The position numbers and the translations under genes were made by a program. From NCBI GenBank assembly GCA_947627535.1, contig CANQWM010000005.1, positions 58,948 through 122,947 of the forward strand: a DNA stretch of 64,000 bases. The letters are read 5' to 3'. The DNA is from an uncultured Acetatifactor sp. (lineage in GTDB: Bacteria; Bacillota; Clostridia; Lachnospirales; Lachnospiraceae). The notes beneath the pieces are model-generated. The model saw only the letters and a list, made by a program, of their open reading frames with translations. It was not told the DNA's origin and searched no databases. Shown piece after piece: positions 62,299-64,000 of the stretch. Positions within the stretch are counted from its first letter, which is position 1. Each line of letters starts with the position of its first letter.

Positions 62299-63051
62299 AT
62301 GCAGGGCAGGATCCACTCTTTGGAAAGTTTCGGCACAGTCGACGGCCCCGGCACCCGTTTTGTGGTATTTGTGCAGGGCTGTCCCATGCGATGCGCTTAC
62401 TGCCACAATCCCGATACCTGGGACATGAACGGCGGCACGATGATGGAGCCATCCTATATCATCGAACAGTACGAACGAAACAGCCCTTTTTATGAACACG
62501 GAGGCGGGCTGACCGTCACCGGCGGAGAACCTCTGATGCAGATTGATTTCCTGATCGATCTTTTCACCCTTGCAAAGGAAAAGGATATTCATACCTGTAT
62601 CGACACCTCCGGAATTGCCTTTAATCCTGAGAGCGACACGCAGCAGGAAAAACTGGACCGGCTCATGAAGCTGACAGATCTTGTTATGCTCGATATCAAA
62701 CACATTGACCCGGAAAAGCACAAGGACCTGACCGGACAGCCCAATAAGAATATTCTGAAATTTGCCGAATATCTGAACGAGAAAAAGGTTGACATGTGGA
62801 TCCGTCATGTAGTCGTTCCGGGCATTACAGACGATGACAAATACCTGTTTGATCTGGGATATTATATCGGCCAGTTTGAAAATCTGAAGGCTCTGGATGT
62901 TCTCCCGTATCATACCATGGGAGAGAAAAAATATCAGAGTCTGGGAATGGAATACCGGCTGAAGGGCGTTCCGCCCATGGACCAGAAAAAGCTGCTGGAG
63001 AAAAAACAGGTGATCCTGGAAGGCATCAAAAAGCGGCGGGCGCAAATTTAA
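62299..63051 (+). CDS. pflA: Pyruvate formate-lyase activating enzyme (radical SAM)
   Basis: ESFGTVDGPG, CPMRCAYCHNPDTW (CxxxCxxC), TGGEPLMQ, LDIKHID, LPYHTMG. Confidence 0.96.
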   Translation: MQGRIHSLESFGTVDGPGTRFVVFVQGCPMRCAYCHNPDTWDMNGGTMMEPSYIIEQYERNSPFYEHGGGLTVTGGEPLMQIDFLIDLFTLAKEKDIHTCIDTSGIAFNPESDTQQEKLDRLMKLTDLVMLDIKHIDPEKHKDLTGQPNKNILKFAEYLNEKKVDMWIRHVVVPGITDDDKYLFDLGYYIGQFENLKALDVLPYHTMGEKKYQSLGMEYRLKGVPPMDQKKLLEKKQVILEGIKKRRAQI

Positions 63052-63142
63052 AATAATCCTTGTAATTGCCCGAGGATTATATTACAATAAGAAAGATGAC
63101 TGACTTACATGGTTTAGTTTTAATAAAAGGAGGATTCATAGT

Positions 63143-63313
63143 ATGGCATACGTAATCAGCGATGCTTGTGTGGCCTGCGGCGCATGCGAGGCTCAGTGCC
63201 CCGTAGGTGCGATCAGCATGGGGGACGGAAAGTTCGAGATCGACCCCGAAAAGTGCATTGACTGCGGTTCCTGCGCAGGCACCTGCCCTACCGGATCTAT
63301 CTCTCAGGGTTAA
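63143..63313 (+). CDS. fdx: 2[4Fe-4S] ferredoxin, 56 aa
   Basis: Absent from the ORF track: MAYVISDACVACGACEAQCPVGAIS...CIDCGSCAGTCPTGSISQG; two CxxCxxCxxxCP motifs; RBS AAGGAGG; promoter TTGTAA-17-TACAAT at 63060-63088. Confidence 0.95.
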   Translation: MAYVISDACVACGACEAQCPVGAISMGDGKFEIDPEKCIDCGSCAGTCPTGSISQG

Positions 63314-63330
63314 TAAAAATTCTGAAAGTT

Positions 63331-63363
63331 AAGGCACCTCATTGCGAGGTGCCTTTCTTTTTT
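63331..63363. terminator. Terminator after the ferredoxin gene, at the convergence with the MerR-like gene
   Basis: AAGGCACCTC-attgc-GAGGTGCCTT plus a T tract. Confidence 0.8.
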
Positions 63364-64000
63364 TTCCCAAGACCAAACTGTCTGGATTTCGTTTTTTTCC
63401 TCAACAGCTCGTCCATCCTTTTATAATGCTCCTCATCCCGTTCCGCGAGCATCTTATCCCGGAGTTCCTCCCGTTCTTCCTGCATTCTGAACTGATAGTC
63501 CAGTTCCTTTACGACGCTTTCCTTGATCTCTTGACAGAGCTCGCCGTTATTTTCCCTGAGTGTCTCCCGTATCAGCTGCTGCAGGAGCCACTGCAGCCTT
63601 CTGGACTTGTCCTCTCTGCTCTCAGTCGTAACCCGGCGGTCTCTGCTGTCTACAATGTCTATGGCAAGGCCCGTTTCTTCCTGTTCGTATTCCGGTTCCG
63701 CATTTTTCTGTTCCTCCGTCTTTGGCATGCTTTCAGGTATGTCTGTCCCCCTGCCCTGCTCTCCGTCAGGAAGTACATCCAGCTTTCCATCGCGCAGGAT
63801 CATTTTAATCGCTTTCAACTGCAACCCTCTCTCCTTCATTCCTTTAATCTGTTTAAACCGCTCTACATCCTCCTGAGTATAGTAGCGATGGCCGAGCTCA
63901 TTGCGCTTGATCGGCAGATGCAGTTCTTCTTCCCAATAGCGCAGCACATGGCTTTCGACCTTCACTTCTTTTGCAGCGTCAGAAATAAACAGATAGTCAC
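63339..64000 (-). CDS. MerR-family HTH protein, 5' end beyond the window
   Basis: Frame stays open to the window edge (DYLFISDAAKEVKVESHVLRYWEEEL...RNELGHRYY); C-terminal coiled coil. Confidence 0.85.
   Translation of the reverse strand, partial: DYLFISDAAKEVKVESHVLRYWEEELHLPIKRNELGHRYYTQEDVERFKQIKGMKERGLQLKAIKMILRDGKLDVLPDGEQGRGTDIPESMPKTEEQKNAEPEYEQEETGLAIDIVDSRDRRVTTESREDKSRRLQWLLQQLIRETLRENNGELCQEIKESVVKELDYQFRMQEEREELRDKMLAERDEEHYKRMDELLRKKTKSRQFGLGKKKKGTSQ

Overview
A 64-kb, mostly core-chromosome segment from a spore-forming Clostridia bacterium, Lachnospiraceae-like (inferred from gene content and order; no search was run). Left to right: a partial aconitase-family hydratase; a small accessory block (XRE-Uma2 fusion, lipoprotein, AAA-ATPase/PD-(D/E)XK protein); glgP; T-box-controlled type-2 ileS; spoVT; mfd; pth; spoVG; glgCD; murC; dnaD/dnaC-like/prs behind a DnaA-box cluster; BirA-controlled bioY; a complete F1Fo atp operon whose c subunit carries the Na+ signature; dCMP deaminase, rpiB and sua5; an MMPL transporter coupled to a large GLUG-repeat surface protein; a CwlD-like amidase; sortase B with its substrate; a GH18/SH3 hydrolase; mecA; and a pyruvate formate-lyase locus. 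Four polytopic glycosyltransferase-like membrane genes are interspersed among the core genes. The best novelty candidate is the PFL locus, where the enzyme is split into separate genes. A 679-aa catalytic core (Cys-Cys present, glycyl-radical domain absent) is followed by a 67-aa ORF that mimics the start of the glycyl-radical domain but lacks the radical glycine and carries three Cys. Next come an 80-aa stand-alone glycyl-radical domain beginning where the core stops, the activase pflA, and a ferredoxin missed by the ORF track. No rRNA, tRNA, CRISPR array, transposase or integrase was seen.
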